Origin: Catajapyx aquilonaris | Taxonomy: Eukaryota | Length of the DNA stretch: 64,000 bases | Assembly: GCA_000934665.2 (NCBI GenBank) | Contig: KZ538766.1 | Coordinates: 1 to 64,000, forward strand | Reading direction: 5' to 3' | Shown here: one piece after another, positions 36,545 to 51,500 of the stretch | Position numbering within the stretch: position 1 is the stretch's first letter | How the letters are laid out: each line of letters opens with the position of its first letter | Program-made: the position numbers and the translations under genes | Notes under the pieces: generated by a model | What the model was told of the DNA's origin: nothing | Database searches by the model: none | What the model saw: the letters and a program-made list of their open reading frames with translations, nothing else

Positions 36545-38590
36545 AGTACTGTTGTCGTAACATTGTCGTATGGATGTACTGTCGCAACATTCAGCGATGA
36601 TTGTACTGTCGTAACAATGTCGTATGGATGTCGTAGCCTACTCTCGTTACATTGTCGTATAGATGTAATATTGACGTCACAGTGTCGTAACAATGTCGTA
36701 TGGATGTCGTACTGTCGTTACATTGAGCGATGATTGTACTGTCGTAACAATGTCGTATTGTCGTAACAATGTCGTATGGATGTCGTACTGTCGTTACATT
36801 GAGCGATGATTGTACTGTCATAACATTGTCGCACTGTTGTCGTTACACTGTCGTATGGATGTCGTACTGTCGTTACATTGAGCGATGATTGTACTGTCGT
36901 AACAATGTCGCACTGTTGTCGTTACACTGTCGTATGGATGTCGTACTGTCGCATGGATGTCGCATGGATGTCGTACTGTAGTTACATTGAGCGATGATTG
37001 TACTGTCATAACCTTTGGTCATAACATTGTCGTACTGTTGTCGTTACACTGTCGTATGGATGTCGTACTGTCGTTACATTGAGCAATGATTGTACTGTCG
37101 TAACATTATTGTGCGATTGTAGTTGCATTGTCGTATGGATGTCGCAGTCACTTATGAAGTGCTTCATACACCGAGGCTGAAGACTGAAGTCCTTCTAAAG
37201 TCCGTGAAGTCCGTCGTACACTATATGGTATCAACTATATCCCCTCGAAAAATCCCAACATTTACCTGGCACGTGCTTCAAGTTGGCAAAATAATGAGCG
37301 GTATATACTTACAATCCATTGGAACTTCTCGCATTGGCGACTTGGTCCGTTTGCTAAATAATATTATTGTTGGCAAAAAAATGTGTGCGGAATGAAGCCG
37401 GCAGTGGAGACCCGGTTTGGAAGGAACCCGCCTTGGATATACACCCACCTGCAAAAGGGAGGTCCCGCGCTCATCATGCCACACAATCCTCGGCATCGAT
37501 CGACGACGCCATTGGCCAAAAGACCGGTGGTGTGGTCCTCTGACGTCACATCGTCGGCATTGGGCAAAAAAAAAATATGTTGCCGTATATAGCCAGACAG
37601 AGACGAGGTGTGGGTTGGGTCAACCGGGGCCATGCCCGGAACTTATAGGTTGTGCCCACACTGTCGACTAATGATGCTGGGGGCACAACAGTCGACGACG
37701 TCACGGCAGCCTCTAAAAGCCAGCAGCAGCCTCTTCAAAACTTTTATGATAAGATAATAATAATAAATGGAGGAGCAATATTTAGCCCTTGGTGCAACCT
37801 GCTTTTCGTAAAAGGTTGATACCGATGGCATCTGGTCTGCTCTCGAAGTTCGATACTTTCAGTGGTACACGGGCCGCCGTCCTGTGGATACCAACTGACG
37901 ATCCAGGGTACGTAACATTGTCGTAAGATTGTCGTACTGTCGTGAAGTTGTCGCACGGCTATCGTAAGATTGTCGTAACACACTGTCGTACAGATGCCGT
38001 ATGATTGTCGTAAGCTCGTCGTATGGCTATCGTAGGATTGTCGTAACACACTGTCGTACAGTTGTCGTATTATTGTCGTAAGCTCGTCGTATGGCTATCG
38101 CAGGATTGTCGTAACACACTGTCGTACTGTTGTCGTATGATTGTCGTATGGTTATCATAAAATTGTTGTAGCCTCCTGTTGTAACGCTTAATGTTGTCGT
38201 TATGTTTGTAGTGAGATTGTTGTAGCCTACTGTTGCTGTACGTGTCGTAACACTGTCGTACTGTCGTCGCATGATTGTCGTAAGCTCGTCGTATGGCTAT
38301 CGTAGGATTGTCGTAACACACTGTCGTACTGTTGTCGTATGGTTATCATAAAATTGTCGTAGCCTCCTGTTGTAACGCTTAATGTTGTTATGATTGTAGT
38401 AAGACTGTTGTAGCCTACTGTTGCCGTACGTGTCGTAACACTGTCGTACTGTTGTCGTATGATTGTCGTAACGTTATCGTAAGATTGTCGTAGCATACTG
38501 TTGCTGTAACATTGTACACCTGTAAGATTATCGTGCTATTGCCGTAAGTATCGTCGGATTGTCGTTCGTACGATGTACGTACGACAAAGT
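36545..38590. repeat. Two TGTCGTA-rich repeat blocks (36545-37145 and 37910-38590) around a unique core, directly upstream of the BMP gene
   Basis: Dense TGTCGTA/GTCGTAAC units with higher-order repeats. Confidence 0.85.
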
Positions 38591-38638
38591 TAAATTATTT
38601 TTTTCAAGGGGGTGAGTGCCCTCCAGTATGGGGTCAGG

Positions 38639-39887
38639 ATGGGGTCAGTGACTTGGCTGGTCCTCCTCTTCCTGGGAGTGGCGACAATGCACCGTCAACA
38701 CAGGTCATCTCGATATACGAACTTGACCGTACCTCATGTACCGCGGTACATGCTGGAATTGTTCAACCGAGTCCAAGAGACCAACTCTCCGCCTCCGGGG
38801 GAGGTTGTCCGGAGTTTCCAGGTTGCCGGACACTGGAAGAACTCCAGGAGGTCATACCTGCTGATGTTCCAAGTCAGCGTACCGGAGACTGAGAGAGTGG
38901 ACAGGGCTGAGCTCCGGGTTTATGTTCAGACCGTGCCAACTGATGGTGAGACATGGCGTTTCATGGTTCAAAAGTACACCGGTATTACTCTTGGGGTTTA
39001 ATTAGGTGCAGCCATAAGTGTCCTGCTAATTACGGGGAACACCGAGATGATATTGTCCAGAACGCATGTCCACTACGGATGGGCGACACTGGACATATCC
39101 CATGCTGTCCGACGGTGGTGCATACGTCGCCACCAGACCCAACTGTTGAGACTGGAGGTCAGCGGTCATCAGGTCCGCTTGTACCTGACCCCTGGAGGTT
39201 ACTTCGAGCCTCTTCTGCTGACCTACTCGACCCCGATGAACCATGTTAACTACCAGCGAAGAAGTAAAAGAAGCGTCGACATCATCTCCAATGACTACGA
39301 TGACGAAGAGACCAACGTAGTGCAAACCTCCAGGAAAAAGAAGGTCCGGAGCATCTGTCGACGGAAGCCGATGTATGTCGACTTTGCTGAAATTAATTAC
39401 GACACTTGGATTATCGCACCTCCGGGATATGAGGTCAGTAAAATATGAGTTGGCTTATCCTACTTCATTAGCCACATGCAGTACACTCATGTTCATTGGG
39501 AGGTATGACTTCCAGGATAGTTTATCCTACAAGAGCATCAATTAAATTCAATGTACAGTAATTTAACATGTTTTTCTTCATATATGAACATAAAAGTATT
39601 TAAATTGGTAGTGAGAGAATACAATTCAGTTTCTTACCACTTAATGTTTCCAGGCATTCGAGTGTACAGGCAAGTGCTTCTACCCCATGGGCGACCACCT
39701 CAGTCCGACGAAGCATGCCATAGTCCGCACCCTGCTTCACACTGTTGCTCCGAAGAAGGCCTCCAGAGCTTGCTGCGTGCCCACCAGACTGGAGCCCATT
39801 TCCATCCTATACCTGGGAGAAGATGGGGTTGTCACCTACAAGTATCACTACGAGGACATGGTGGTCGCTGAATGCGGGTGCCGATAA
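38639..39887 (+). CDS. BMP10: TGF-beta family ligand, BMP9/BMP10 class. Exons 38639-38945, 39006-39433, 39654-39887
   Basis: Signal peptide, prodomain ([25 protein letters not shown]), furin site RRSKR, and mature domain [10 protein letters not shown]...[13 protein letters not shown]...PTKHAIV...[20 protein letters not shown]...[20 protein letters not shown]. Confidence 0.9.
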
Positions 39888-42513
39888 TATGGAAGCAAAG
39901 AAACTACTGATATTTTTACGCATGTGCTACCTTTAATAGCTTAAATGGTGCGACTTTATGTACAGCAAAAAATTAATTTCAGCTATACAACTACCAGAAG
40001 GACAAAAATTCATCTCCCTTTTTCTTCTTCTTCTTCTTCCGCTGTCTTCTTGCACAGGCTAAACTCGGAATCGCTAATCATCGCAACACCTTTTCAAAAT
40101 CTCCCTGCACACCTTACATTAGGTTGATTTTTTCTTCTTCTTTTTTTCCAAGATTTCTTTTTACTGGATTATACATTACACTAAAAAAGTGTCAATTCTT
40201 CATAAAAATAATTATAATTAAATTTACAGTAATGGAAAGGAGTTTGGGGGGGAGGGATAGGTCAAGTACAGGGGGAGGGGGGGAAAACCAATAAATACCC
40301 ATAACACACCCAAAAATACTTACAATTGAAGTAACCCTTTTTCACCAAATAATCGGGATGGTCGGGAAGGGATAAAGGCGACAAATAAGCTAAAAAATAA
40401 CCATCAACATACAATTGTCCTCTACACCAACATGTGTTGCACTTTCTTATGCTGCCCCCACTATTTTTCTTTTTTTGTTGTTTTTGGCAACATAAACTGT
40501 CCGGCTAACATCACCACAGTTAACAACACTCAAAAAAGTTAACACTGAGAGTCTCTTAAGCCAAAAAAGTGTTCCGTTTTTTTTTTGTCACTCAGTAAAT
40601 GAGTCCGTAATACTTGTTGTCTCCGATCACAGAGACACTTACAACTACAATTTTTCCGCTCTTTCTTGAAGACAGAGACACGCACACCCAAAAAAAAAAA
40701 AAATCCCTGTTTTCGTTAACATATGGTTGAACACCCCCTCCAATGAGTTTTTCTCCGTTTTTTCTTTTCAAATCTTTTCTACAAAAAGCATCTTGGTTTT
40801 AAAAATCGAGTCCTCATGCCTTTTTTTTTTCTAAACCTTTTTGTACATATACACAATATCCGTGTGTGGATGTGGGCACACGCTTATTATTATTTTTTAA
40901 ACTCCTCCAATTTTTTTTATCATTATTATTATACATTATAGGGTGCACTTATTATTGTACTCCGAATTGATTTTTCTTTGTTGCTGATATATCCGACTAA
41001 TCACAGTCTTTTTGTTCAACTCACACTAGGAACTCCACCTACTAAAAAAAATATGGGATACTGATGGCCTTTTACAAAACAAAGAGAACCAAAATTATAA
41101 ACTCACAGAGCACGTGAGGTGGGAGAAAATTACATCACTACCTTATTATTTATCTTAGTAACTTACGGGGGAGGGCAATGGCGGGTAGGGCACTTTTTTT
41201 TTTGTCTTTTTCGAAGGGAAAAAGGATGACAACATGAAACAGCCAAAAAGCGACAACTATTCCTCTTTTTTTTATGCCAACAATTTTTTTCTTTTCTTCT
41301 TCCTCCATACCTTGAACCTACAAATCCTACTTAAAAATTGGAGTGTAATCACTTCAATAACACTGACAACATTGTTTAAGTTTGGGGAGCATGGTCAATC
41401 AGTAGGATTTAATTGCCTACAATGTGAGAGAACTACTTGCGGAAAAAAATTCTGATCACAAAAATAGTTATTACTTATCTAACTAAACCTCCCGACAAGG
41501 GGTGACGGAGCAGGGGGGGGGGNGGGGGGGGGATTTAACTGTACATGTACTTCGGGTGGCTACTATTCGCAATCATCTTTTTCCTCCTGTACATAATGTG
41601 CCCTACTTTATTATTATTATTATCTCTCTCTTAAATGTTATGCACAGGTTCTCGATCAAATTTTCTCCAGTGTGTGGCGGTAAACGAACAGAAACAGAAC
41701 TCCTGAGTTGAAGACAATCCAGATCTTTTACATTTTAGATCAGATCAAACAGCAGCACGAGTAGGTAGTGCAAAGTCTTATTATGCTGCAGAAAACAATA
41801 ACATGTTTTTTTTTAGCACTTTGAGAATCCCCAGACGGTAGCAACGAATTAATTCCGCCCTGCAGACACTCTCGGATATAAGCCTTTTAAGGACATTTGC
41901 TCACGGCCTGCGTCTGGCACGTGTTTACACAACATCTGTGCTTTTATGGCCTTGCGGAAATGCATCCTTCGCCAGTTAATTGAATGCGAAGCAAATTTGA
42001 AAGTGAAATCAAACATTTGCGAACAAACAAACAAAAACTGAAATGGACTTTTAGGCGACAGAAGTTTCATACTCCTTGTCCCTCAAGAATGGTTCAACAC
42101 AAGTTGGTCATCAACATGTTCAAACAGGAGGGCACCACGAGTGGACTCCCCAACAGGGATTGTAAACAATGAATAAACAAAAACTCAAAACCTAACTGAT
42201 TGGCAACATTGAACTTTGGGAGCAGGATATTCTGCACCAAAAACATCGGTCCCTTCTCAAAAACAAACAGTACGTTCTGAATACACTCGAAAATGGCTAA
42301 AACAATTTCCTGTTCCAAAAATGGCCACTGTATATCTTGATCCGAATAACCAACGTGTTTTTTTGCACAAAATGGCAAAATGATCTACTTATCAGATGGT
42401 TTGATATCTTCTGAATATTCCAGAGGGTCACTCACGCAGCCTTCCTTTGAAATGGTGGGGCTGGGCTCCTACAAAATGCGGCTAACTCCATTTGTACTTG
42501 GTGACCACTTATA

Positions 42514-45500
42514 TTATCTTCTCATGGATCCGTTGAGCTGCGGCATGATTGGGCTGTTGATGTACCCATACGTGTACATTGCATTCTGTGGTGCTGTTCT
42601 TGGGATCCCACCAGCGGCTGCCGACTCGGGATACTGGCCCTGAGCAGCTGCTGCGGCGGCCGCTGCGTGCATGTTGACCACTCCCATTTGAACTGGTAGT
42701 TGCGCCTGGTTGATGAACCCGGTGTTCGTAATGTAGCCGGTGTTGAGAGCCAGCGTTGGTGAGCCGGCCTGCTGTGTGGCCATCCTGTATCCGTTCAAAG
42801 GCTGGTATTGCTGCATGAGGTTAGGTCCTAATGCCATATTGGGTCCACCTGAAGCTGCTGCCACAGCCGCTGCAGCAGCAGCCGCCGCCGCCGCTCTTTG
42901 TGCTTGTATTTGTCTTGAGCGTGGCTGGGCAGCAGGTGCCACAGTCGTGCAGGGATTGACTGAAGGGTAATACTTCGGGTAGGTAACAGGCGGAGTGAGA
43001 TTCCTCTGCATTGAAGGTGGAGGTGTCATCGCATGCGGAGGTGGTGCCGGTGGAGGCGTGAGGTTCGGCGGTGGAGTCATAGTCGCACCACCATTGTTGC
43101 ATTGAACCATCTCGAGGCCGTTTGTTAGCTGCTGCAGTTTGGCGAGAGAACAGGATGCTCCAGCCGCCTGTGCCTGCTGAGTTGGGGTTGGAGTTGGAAC
43201 CTGCCCAAGAGAACAGTCACAAATTAATGACTCTGCCCTTTTAAAATACGATGCACTTCTGATTATCCACACATTGCCATAAAATAAAATTACAAACGAA
43301 AGTCTGAAAAAATATCCGTAAGTCTCACAAACGCAGATTTTTTTCTAGAAGACAAACTAAAAATATATGATTAAGTTTTACTATTTTGATTAATAAACAG
43401 GAGTTAAAGCAGCGTACACTGGGTACAGCAGCATCCTGCGAATAGCTCATTTTTACGGTATCCATGACCACTTTCGGATTATCTGTATTGCAATCAAATT
43501 GGAAACTTACCTGTGGTGGCTGTGCGGTCTGTACATAGTAGCTGGTCGAGCAAGCTGATGCAGCCCTCTGTTGTGGTCCTGGGAGCGACGCCTGTGGGCT
43601 CATTCTGTGCTGTAAAACTGTAGCCATCGGGACGCTCACGTACGAGGCATGACCTGGCGGAGCATATCCTGATGCGACAGACTGCGGAAGCACATAGTTG
43701 CCCTGCGTGATGTTGTGCTGCTGCGTTGGGGTGTGCGGATGAGCAAGAGGAGCAGACTGGTTCCCAGTGAAATAACCGGATTGAATTTGATGGCCGACTA
43801 TCTGCGGTGGAGGTGTCGGCGCCTGCTGCATGTGGACTGGTTGCGCTGATGGTGGCGGTGCTGACTTTGATTGCAGGTGGTGGTGTGGCGGTGGTGGCGC
43901 CAGCTGCTGCTGTTGCATCTGGTGTTGTGCTGCCATCGGATGCTGATGGTGATGAGAAGGATGATGCGCAGGATGGTGTGGGTGGTGATGTGGAGGAGCA
44001 TGATGAGGTGGAGGGTGATGCTGTACATGTATCTGAGGATGCTGCTGCATCTGCGGGTGGACCTGCGGATGCGTGTGGGCTGCAGGTTGGGGTGGGGCGG
44101 CAGGGGAATGGACCTGAGCAGCTGCTGGAGGCGGTGGAGCTACATGGTGACGCTGGGGCTGGACCTGCATCGGAGACTGCAGATGCGCCGGGTGCGGAGG
44201 AGGCTGCGGCGTCTGGTGTTGCTACGGGAAACAACAAATTAGTTGTAGTCAGCACATTCAACAATAGGCTATGAAAGTATAGTACTTTTATTACAGTAGA
44301 ACTCAATCTGCAAGAAGAGGTGTGTTGAATCCTTCTTACAACAGAGCCAATTGGGTCGTAATCAGCATCAGGGAACCAACCCCCATAAAGTTGAAACTGA
44401 GAAAAATGAGTTCAAGAAGTCTTATTTTTCATACAACATTCCAAATAGAAAAAAAAAATAACTGAAGTGTGCACAACATGAGGTAGCGAGGTTATGAAAT
44501 TAGATCTACAGTGCCGCATTGCACATGCATTGGTGTCATTTTTATTTTTTTGGGTATTAATTTTTTTACTTGTTTGCTTGAGGGTTGGTTTCCCTGACAT
44601 GCATTACCGTTAATCTTGACACAGGATCAGTAAAAAAATGCGTACGTACATGCCCACCCTTCCTTGCACGGGACATCTCGTTGGTCATAAGTTTGCTATC
44701 AAACAACTTACATTACGCCTCATTTTACATGTGAGCGATGAAACGAATAGTTTGGTCCAAAAGTAACAATTGCGGTGTTTCGCCCCAAACAATTGGTTTC
44801 ATCGCTGGAATTGCTCACATGTAAACACGGCCTTAATATAAACAGTACTGACATGATGCTTACTGCAGCATCAGGATCATTTACACAGTCCAGACGTGCT
44901 TACGACCATGTTTACGATCCCATCGTTACCAACTACACCCCGAACTTGGCCGGAAAAAGTATGTTGGATAGTTACGGGCTCTTTCTTCAGAACATGTGAG
45001 CACTGAAGTAACCAAGACACTGGAAATTCGCACAAATTAAGAGGGGGAAACAACCCTCACCAGACGTAAGCTGCACTTCAAAACGGTATTAGAAGATGCT
45101 AAAAAAAAGGAGGTAATACTGACTTGATGCTGCATTGGATGTGGTGACATCACATGCTGCGGCATGGGTGGCGTTGGGGGATGCCGCACTGGGATAACTG
45201 GTTGAGTCGGCACAGGGGGTGGAGGTTGTGGTGCTTGTTGCTGTTGCTGCTGCTGTTGTTGTGGTGCCTGTTGTTGTTGTTGAGGTGGTGGTGGAGGTGC
45301 TACGACCTGGGGCGGCACAACTTGAGGTACCACCACTGGCGTGGCTGACCTTGGAACCATGTCTTGGTACTGCAGCTGCGTTGTGGTGGATGTTGGTGGA
45401 GCTTCGACAGACCCTTGATTGGCGACATCACTACTTGCAATTGACGTTGGCGACTCCAAACCCAACTGTGCAACATCAAGTTCACACTGGCCATAACCAT

Positions 45501-48500
45501 GCATAGATTGCACCGAGTTGGTTACAGAGTCTGGGGTGTACACGCCAAGACTAGGGATGTTATCGTGTTGGTGCGGTGGTGTCGTCGTTGGTGCCGCGGA
45601 TGTCACAATGACTGGTGCTGGCGGCTGCTTCACCTCCTTATTATTCTCCTCAGGCGTTGGGACCATTGCGATCGGCTTGGGTGATGGTTCTGGCTCAGTC
45701 GCAACGGGACTTGGCTCCGGAGCGGCCACAGGCTCCTCCTGCGCAACAACTGCTGGACTAGGGGCGCTAACCGTTTCACTAGCTTTCTCCTCAATCACCT
45801 CCGGCGCAGGTTCCTCCGGCGCTTCCTCCACTGGCTTTTCTGGCACTGGACTTGGCTTTGGACTGTCAGCCTCTTTGGTCACCTCTTCTGGCCTCTCCTC
45901 AACCTTTTCTGGCTCATTATTATCCGGCTCACTATCCTTAACCTCATTGTCACACTCACTATCACTTTTTTCTGTGTCCTCCACATGCTGCACAGCCTCT
46001 TCCTTCTTTTCTTTCTCTTCCGGTTCCGGAGAAGGAGCCGCACTTTTCTCCTCTTCCTCATCTGCTTCTTCCCTCGTCGCTTCCTCTTCTTCTGCCGCCT
46101 TTGCTTCCTCCTTCTTTGTACCTTCTTCTATTGCTTCCTCCTCTTCCTCCTCCTCCTCCTCCATGCTCACATCCATCCCATTGACTGAAGGGTCCTTATC
46201 CTCTTCCTCCTCCTCTTCATCATCCGATGGCGCAACAGATGGCTGGGAGTCGGTCTTTGGCTCGGATTCAGGCTTGGAATCAGTTCTGGAATCTGTCTTT
46301 GGTTCAGAGTCTGTTTTTGGGGTTTCAGCTGGCTTGGGCATTGGCTCTTCCTCCACTGCCGGACTGTCATCTTCTACAGGCAGAGGCGTCATCATCGATA
46401 TCCTCGTCTTCTGGAAATGAGGAAAAGGAATGTTAAGCTATTGTCTACAACACACTCCATTACAATAATTATCGTAAAGGTTAACAACCAGATGATAACA
46501 TTTTCTAAAAATTACAACATGTAACAAAATTAGTGTTGCAGAGTTTTGTACATTTTCATAATGAACTATAATTCCTAGGTGACTAGTTCACGCATTAGCA
46601 CGTACCTTAGCAAACCTTCCCCTGACAAGTAGCTTCCTCGGCTTCCTGGGAACTCCCTTGGGCCAACCTCTCTTCCTCTTAGGTGGAGGAGGTGGTGCGG
46701 CCTCTGGAACCTCCGCATCCTCTGCGTCATCGACATCCTCCTTCTCATCTTCATCATCCTCTTCAACATCCTCGTCCTCCATGGTGGTAGTAGATGTCTC
46801 TGCTGCCTTACCCTTACCCCGAACCTGCACAGGCTCGTGCTGAAGTGCAGGGGGCGATGATGGACCATTCTCCGCAACAGGAGGAGCCGACGATTTTCTT
46901 GGTTCAAGCTCCACCTGAGAGGAAACCTTGAGTTTAATACGTGCAATGCATGTCGACATATTTCTATGTTATTAAATTAGTTTCTTTGAATGCAGATTAG
47001 AATTTTTTAAAATATAAAAATGGACCAAGAGCGGGATGTGATAAAACCGGGGTTCTGTAGGAAAATCCCTACATATTTGTATTGATTTTCTGAAAGAACA
47101 GTGGTTATATCATGTACCGCTCTTGTTGAAACCGGCCTTTTTAAAAGTCACTTAAATTATCTTTGACGGTCCCAACTATGATTATTACCTCCGGCTCCAA
47201 CTCGGGCATGTCCGAGTCATCCACTGACTCCTCAACCACTGGTCTCCTTCCTCTCTTTGACTTTACAGATGGCGACCTCGGTTTCCTCGCTGGCTGCTTC
47301 TTAAGACTTGATTTCCTCAATGTCGTCGTGGATATTGTAGTTGTTGTTATCGTCGAAGTCGTCACAGGTTCAGGCTTTACTGTTGTCTCCATGTCTCTCT
47401 CCAAATGTTTAGGCGGCCGTCCTCTGGATGCTCTTCTGCTGTACCGCTCCTGTTTGGTAGTTCTTGCTGGTGATGGTGTTGCGGCAATCGTCGTCGTGGT
47501 TGGCGTCACTGGTGATAATGCTGAATGCTTTTTGGCCTCTTCTGTCCGGTTCGGAGTTTTCCTCAATAAGGATTTCGGTTTTGGTGGGGGAGTAGGTTCT
47601 GTTGCCAGACAAGAAACTATTAGCACATGTAGTATCAATCTGACATTCATGCATCAATTCACTGAAAATTACAATATAGTAAAAGTATGGCTGACTTCGC
47701 ATGAACAATACTGACTTCATAAACTATTTCTGCCCCATTACAGTTTAAAAGGTTGCCAAATAAGTTAGGGAAAAGTATCTCAAAAGACTACCAAGTGTAA
47801 GCACTTCAAAAAAATTCAATTTATTAACACGCGAGAATAAAAATGTAAACAGAAAAATTAACTCCGTATATACTTGAATTTGATAACAAAATGAATTCAA
47901 ATGGGTACGAATAGAGCTCAAAAAATGCAACAAGAGAAGACGGCCTGCACACCTCTCAGACGGTGCTTTCTTGACTGTGTCTTGGGAGATCTGACGGGTG
48001 TTTCTTCTTCTCCTCTCCTCCTCCTTCCCTTCCGTCTCCTCGGAATCTCCTCTTCCTCATCCTCATCCTCCTCCTCTTCCGACTGCTCTTCCTCCTCACT
48101 CTCTTCTTTCTCTTCTCTTCTTCGCTTGGCACTCCTTGGAATCGTGGCTGGGGTCACCACCTTCCCTTTCCCACCACTCCTCAGCCCTTCCCTGTCCTTC
48201 CCTTTGCTAGCCCTCGAGTTGTTGGCAGGACTAAGCGACGGGGGCCTACCTCTTCCTGGCCTCACCTTGCTGTTGACCACAGGCAGCTCCTCCAGTACCT
48301 TCTTCGCCTTTTTGTTGTTCTTCTCCTTCACAGAAGGCGGCGTCATGGCAGACGGTGTCCGCCTTTCAGGAGTGTTGTTGAGCTTTTCCATGGTTGCGGT
48401 CCTGGGCTTGATGCTGCGCCATTCCCTACGCTTGCGACGGCCACGTTTGCTGGAGTTCGGTGTGTTGTCCGTAGACTTGGAAGGCCTCTCTGGCGAGTCC

Positions 48501-51500
48501 TTGTCCTGTGGTGGTTTCTCCTCCTGAGGGAACGTAAAATACTAAATGAAAATGTGACCAAGTTGGATCAGCATCAGGCAAAATTACCCCGTTGAAATTT
48601 TTCTCTCACACAATTGGTCAAGTGTGCCTCACTGTGACTTTTGCTCCTCTCTGAATCACCATATATTACAATACTCAAATTTTTCATTGCGACTGACCAA
48701 GTCTAGGGCAGTGTTTACATTGTGGGTGATTTGCTCAGTGATAAGTGTCGATGAGAAATGAAACCAATATTATTTGGGGTAAACGCCCAAAAAATTGGTT
48801 TCATCCCTCGGCAATGCATTGCTGAGTGAATCACTCACATGAAAACGCTGCGTAATACTTCATGACTACCCAATGTTCTTTATTCCCAATGACATTGACA
48901 GCAATATTCAACACTGATCATTATTGTGAACCAGAGCACGTTACATGATAATTCCTAGTCGTAAATATATTGACTCACCTCCTGCCTCCTCTTCTTTTTC
49001 TTCTTATCCTCTACGACTTCCTTTTCATTGACGTTTCTCTTGTTTTCCTCCTCCTCCTCTTCGTCTTCATCATTATCAAAGGCAGGCTCCGCTGAAGCAA
49101 TAAGCGGCATCCACCTGAGGCATTCGGGATCTAGCTGTATCCTGGACTTGGAGGCAGCCACTCTGGCTGCATGGTCATCCACAATCTTCCAGTCGGCGCA
49201 GATGGCAAAGTGATGCTTCGCTCCACTTCCACTTTCTTCGTCATCTGAATCCCAGCTCCGTCCCCTCCCTTTCCCACGAACCATCCCAAGGGCGTGCAGG
49301 GTGGCAGCGATGTCGTGGCAGTACATCCCAGTTTCCCTTGTGACAGCATCAAGTGAGAGCTGTCCGCACCTTCCATGTTGGTCTAGGTACTCCAGCACCA
49401 CTGATCGCCAGTATGCCTGATAGGTCACACGTCCAAGGTCAGACAAGGGCTTCTCAGGGGTACCCGGCTGGCCCTCCTGCTTCGACAGAAGGTAGCCTGC
49501 AATGATGAATGCGCAAATTAATATTTGCTCATATACGTGACCTTCTGGAGAAGTTACAAGGTTAGAACAGAAAAGTGTCGATTGGTCACAGAAGGTTCTA
49601 TGAACACGAATAATTTCTAAGTCAATTTTCAGTCGAGATTCATGCAATGCCTGCAACTTACTGAAGTGTATAAGGAATCGTCCGTATCCCTGTCTCTGAT
49701 ATTGCGGCATGGTCATGATGCAAGAGACGTTGTACTTCTGCTGGCAGTGCTTCTCCTTCGAGAAGTAACCCACCAGGTGGCAGCCCTTGCGATCATTCTT
49801 GGTCAGGACGTAAAACAGGAAGGGCTCCACGTCGTAATAGAGCGTTTTGTGGTCCAGGAAAAGCTTGGCCAATAGGCACAGGTTTTGGCAGTAGATCTTG
49901 TTGACATTGCCATCCACCTAAAAAAGGCCAACAATTAATCGTGTGAAGAATGCACAGTTCACTCGGAACAAAGTGCTCAAAGAAAAACAAGCCAAGTTTC
50001 GCTGACGCTTATATTTACCGCATAATTGAAATAAACAAGTGCAGGTTACAGTACCTCAAAGACAGAGAGGTCCGACCGTCGGTAAATCTCCGTTCCAGGA
50101 GGATGCCTCCAGCAACATTTTTGCAGGTGCCTCTCGAGGACTGCCTTGCTCTTCATGTACTTGAGGCAAAACTCGCACAGGAAAAGCTTAGGTAAATGGG
50201 CATATTCCTGTGGGTACGGGGATGAGTACCATGTCTGGATCTCATACTGGCCAAACTCAATGGCTGCAGGACATCTCTGCTGCTGTTGCTGTTGCTGTTG
50301 CGATTGCGGCTGTGGTGATCCAGGAGGGGAGGAGGGGCAGGAGGGTCCAGGGTCTGACCCGCTCGCTGCCCCCCCACTCCCGTTGGCACCGTTGGTGTAC
50401 AGGCTTGCGCCTGTCTCCTGAGAAACACATGCATTCAAACATGTGTACTGCAGCGGAAGATTTAGCCGGGTTAAGTAAAGATGCACAAATCATTGGAAAT
50501 TTTTTTGACTTGTACCAAATTTTGGAAAATGTTAGTAAAAAAAGTACGTACAACGAACATGCAAAAATGTATCCAATTGATATGTCCAGAGTGGCTAGCA
50601 ATTTTTTTGACATTAATCTCCAGTTACTTTTAGGCCTGGTTGCACCAAAGCTTAGCGGAATTGAATACGACGGGCTTCCAGGTAAGACAATACGACAGTA
50701 GCTAGGTTTCTTCCTTGCAGGGGTTGCAGTCTAATATTAGAAAGCAATGCAGTAACTATAGAAATCTGCAAACTTAATAATCAGCTTCCTGACAAAATAA
50801 TTGTTACCCTCTACAGCCATACCAATTGGTAAGCTCGGAATATCAAGGGAACGTAGTCCTATCCCACACCATCGCTTCGAGTATTTGTATCGACCTGAAT
50901 AGACCATTGGGTGCAGTTATTCTCAGAGGCATGAAAAATAGTCGCAATAACATTGGTACAACTGGCTCAATGTCATTGCAACATGTCTAGTTTAACTGCA
51001 TCTACTGGTTCACTAACTGCCCTTCAGGTATTTTCTCGTAGCAAAACTAGTAACATTTTACATGTGCGGGTTAGCACTATGTTGCCAAACGTTCCTTAAT
51101 ATTTTGACCAATCATATGAACACACATGGCATGCGAAGAAAGTATACAGACAGACGAGAGAAAAGCAGAAAGCGACGGTTGGTTTATTTCAAAGACCAAT
51201 ACCTTAGATGCCCTCTCCTGCGACGTTCTGAACAGGTCAAGGTCTCGTTCATTGACACCTGGCGGAAGTTGGGTCCTCGTCTGGGCATGACTATCATCTG
51301 CAAAAAGAAATCAAAAAGGAAATTCAATACATAAGCTCACTTAAATTTTTCCAAAAATTACATCATTGCTTACACACTATTTGTTAACCACATGAATAAT
51401 CAACTACATCTTCTCTACTTTTTTTTTTTTTTGTAAACACACACCTCCTTTTGTACAAGTACATCGAGACCCATGTTCACAACATTTGTACAAAGTTACA

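Noticed and set aside
38999..39001. In-frame TAA in the BMP gene suggesting read-through or a pseudogene
   Set aside because: Removed by a 60-nt GTGAGA...AATTAG intron (38946-39005) that preserves the frame.
45518..48527. Long plus-strand Ser-rich ORFs
   Set aside because: Antisense shadows of the Glu/Lys-rich KAT6 exons.
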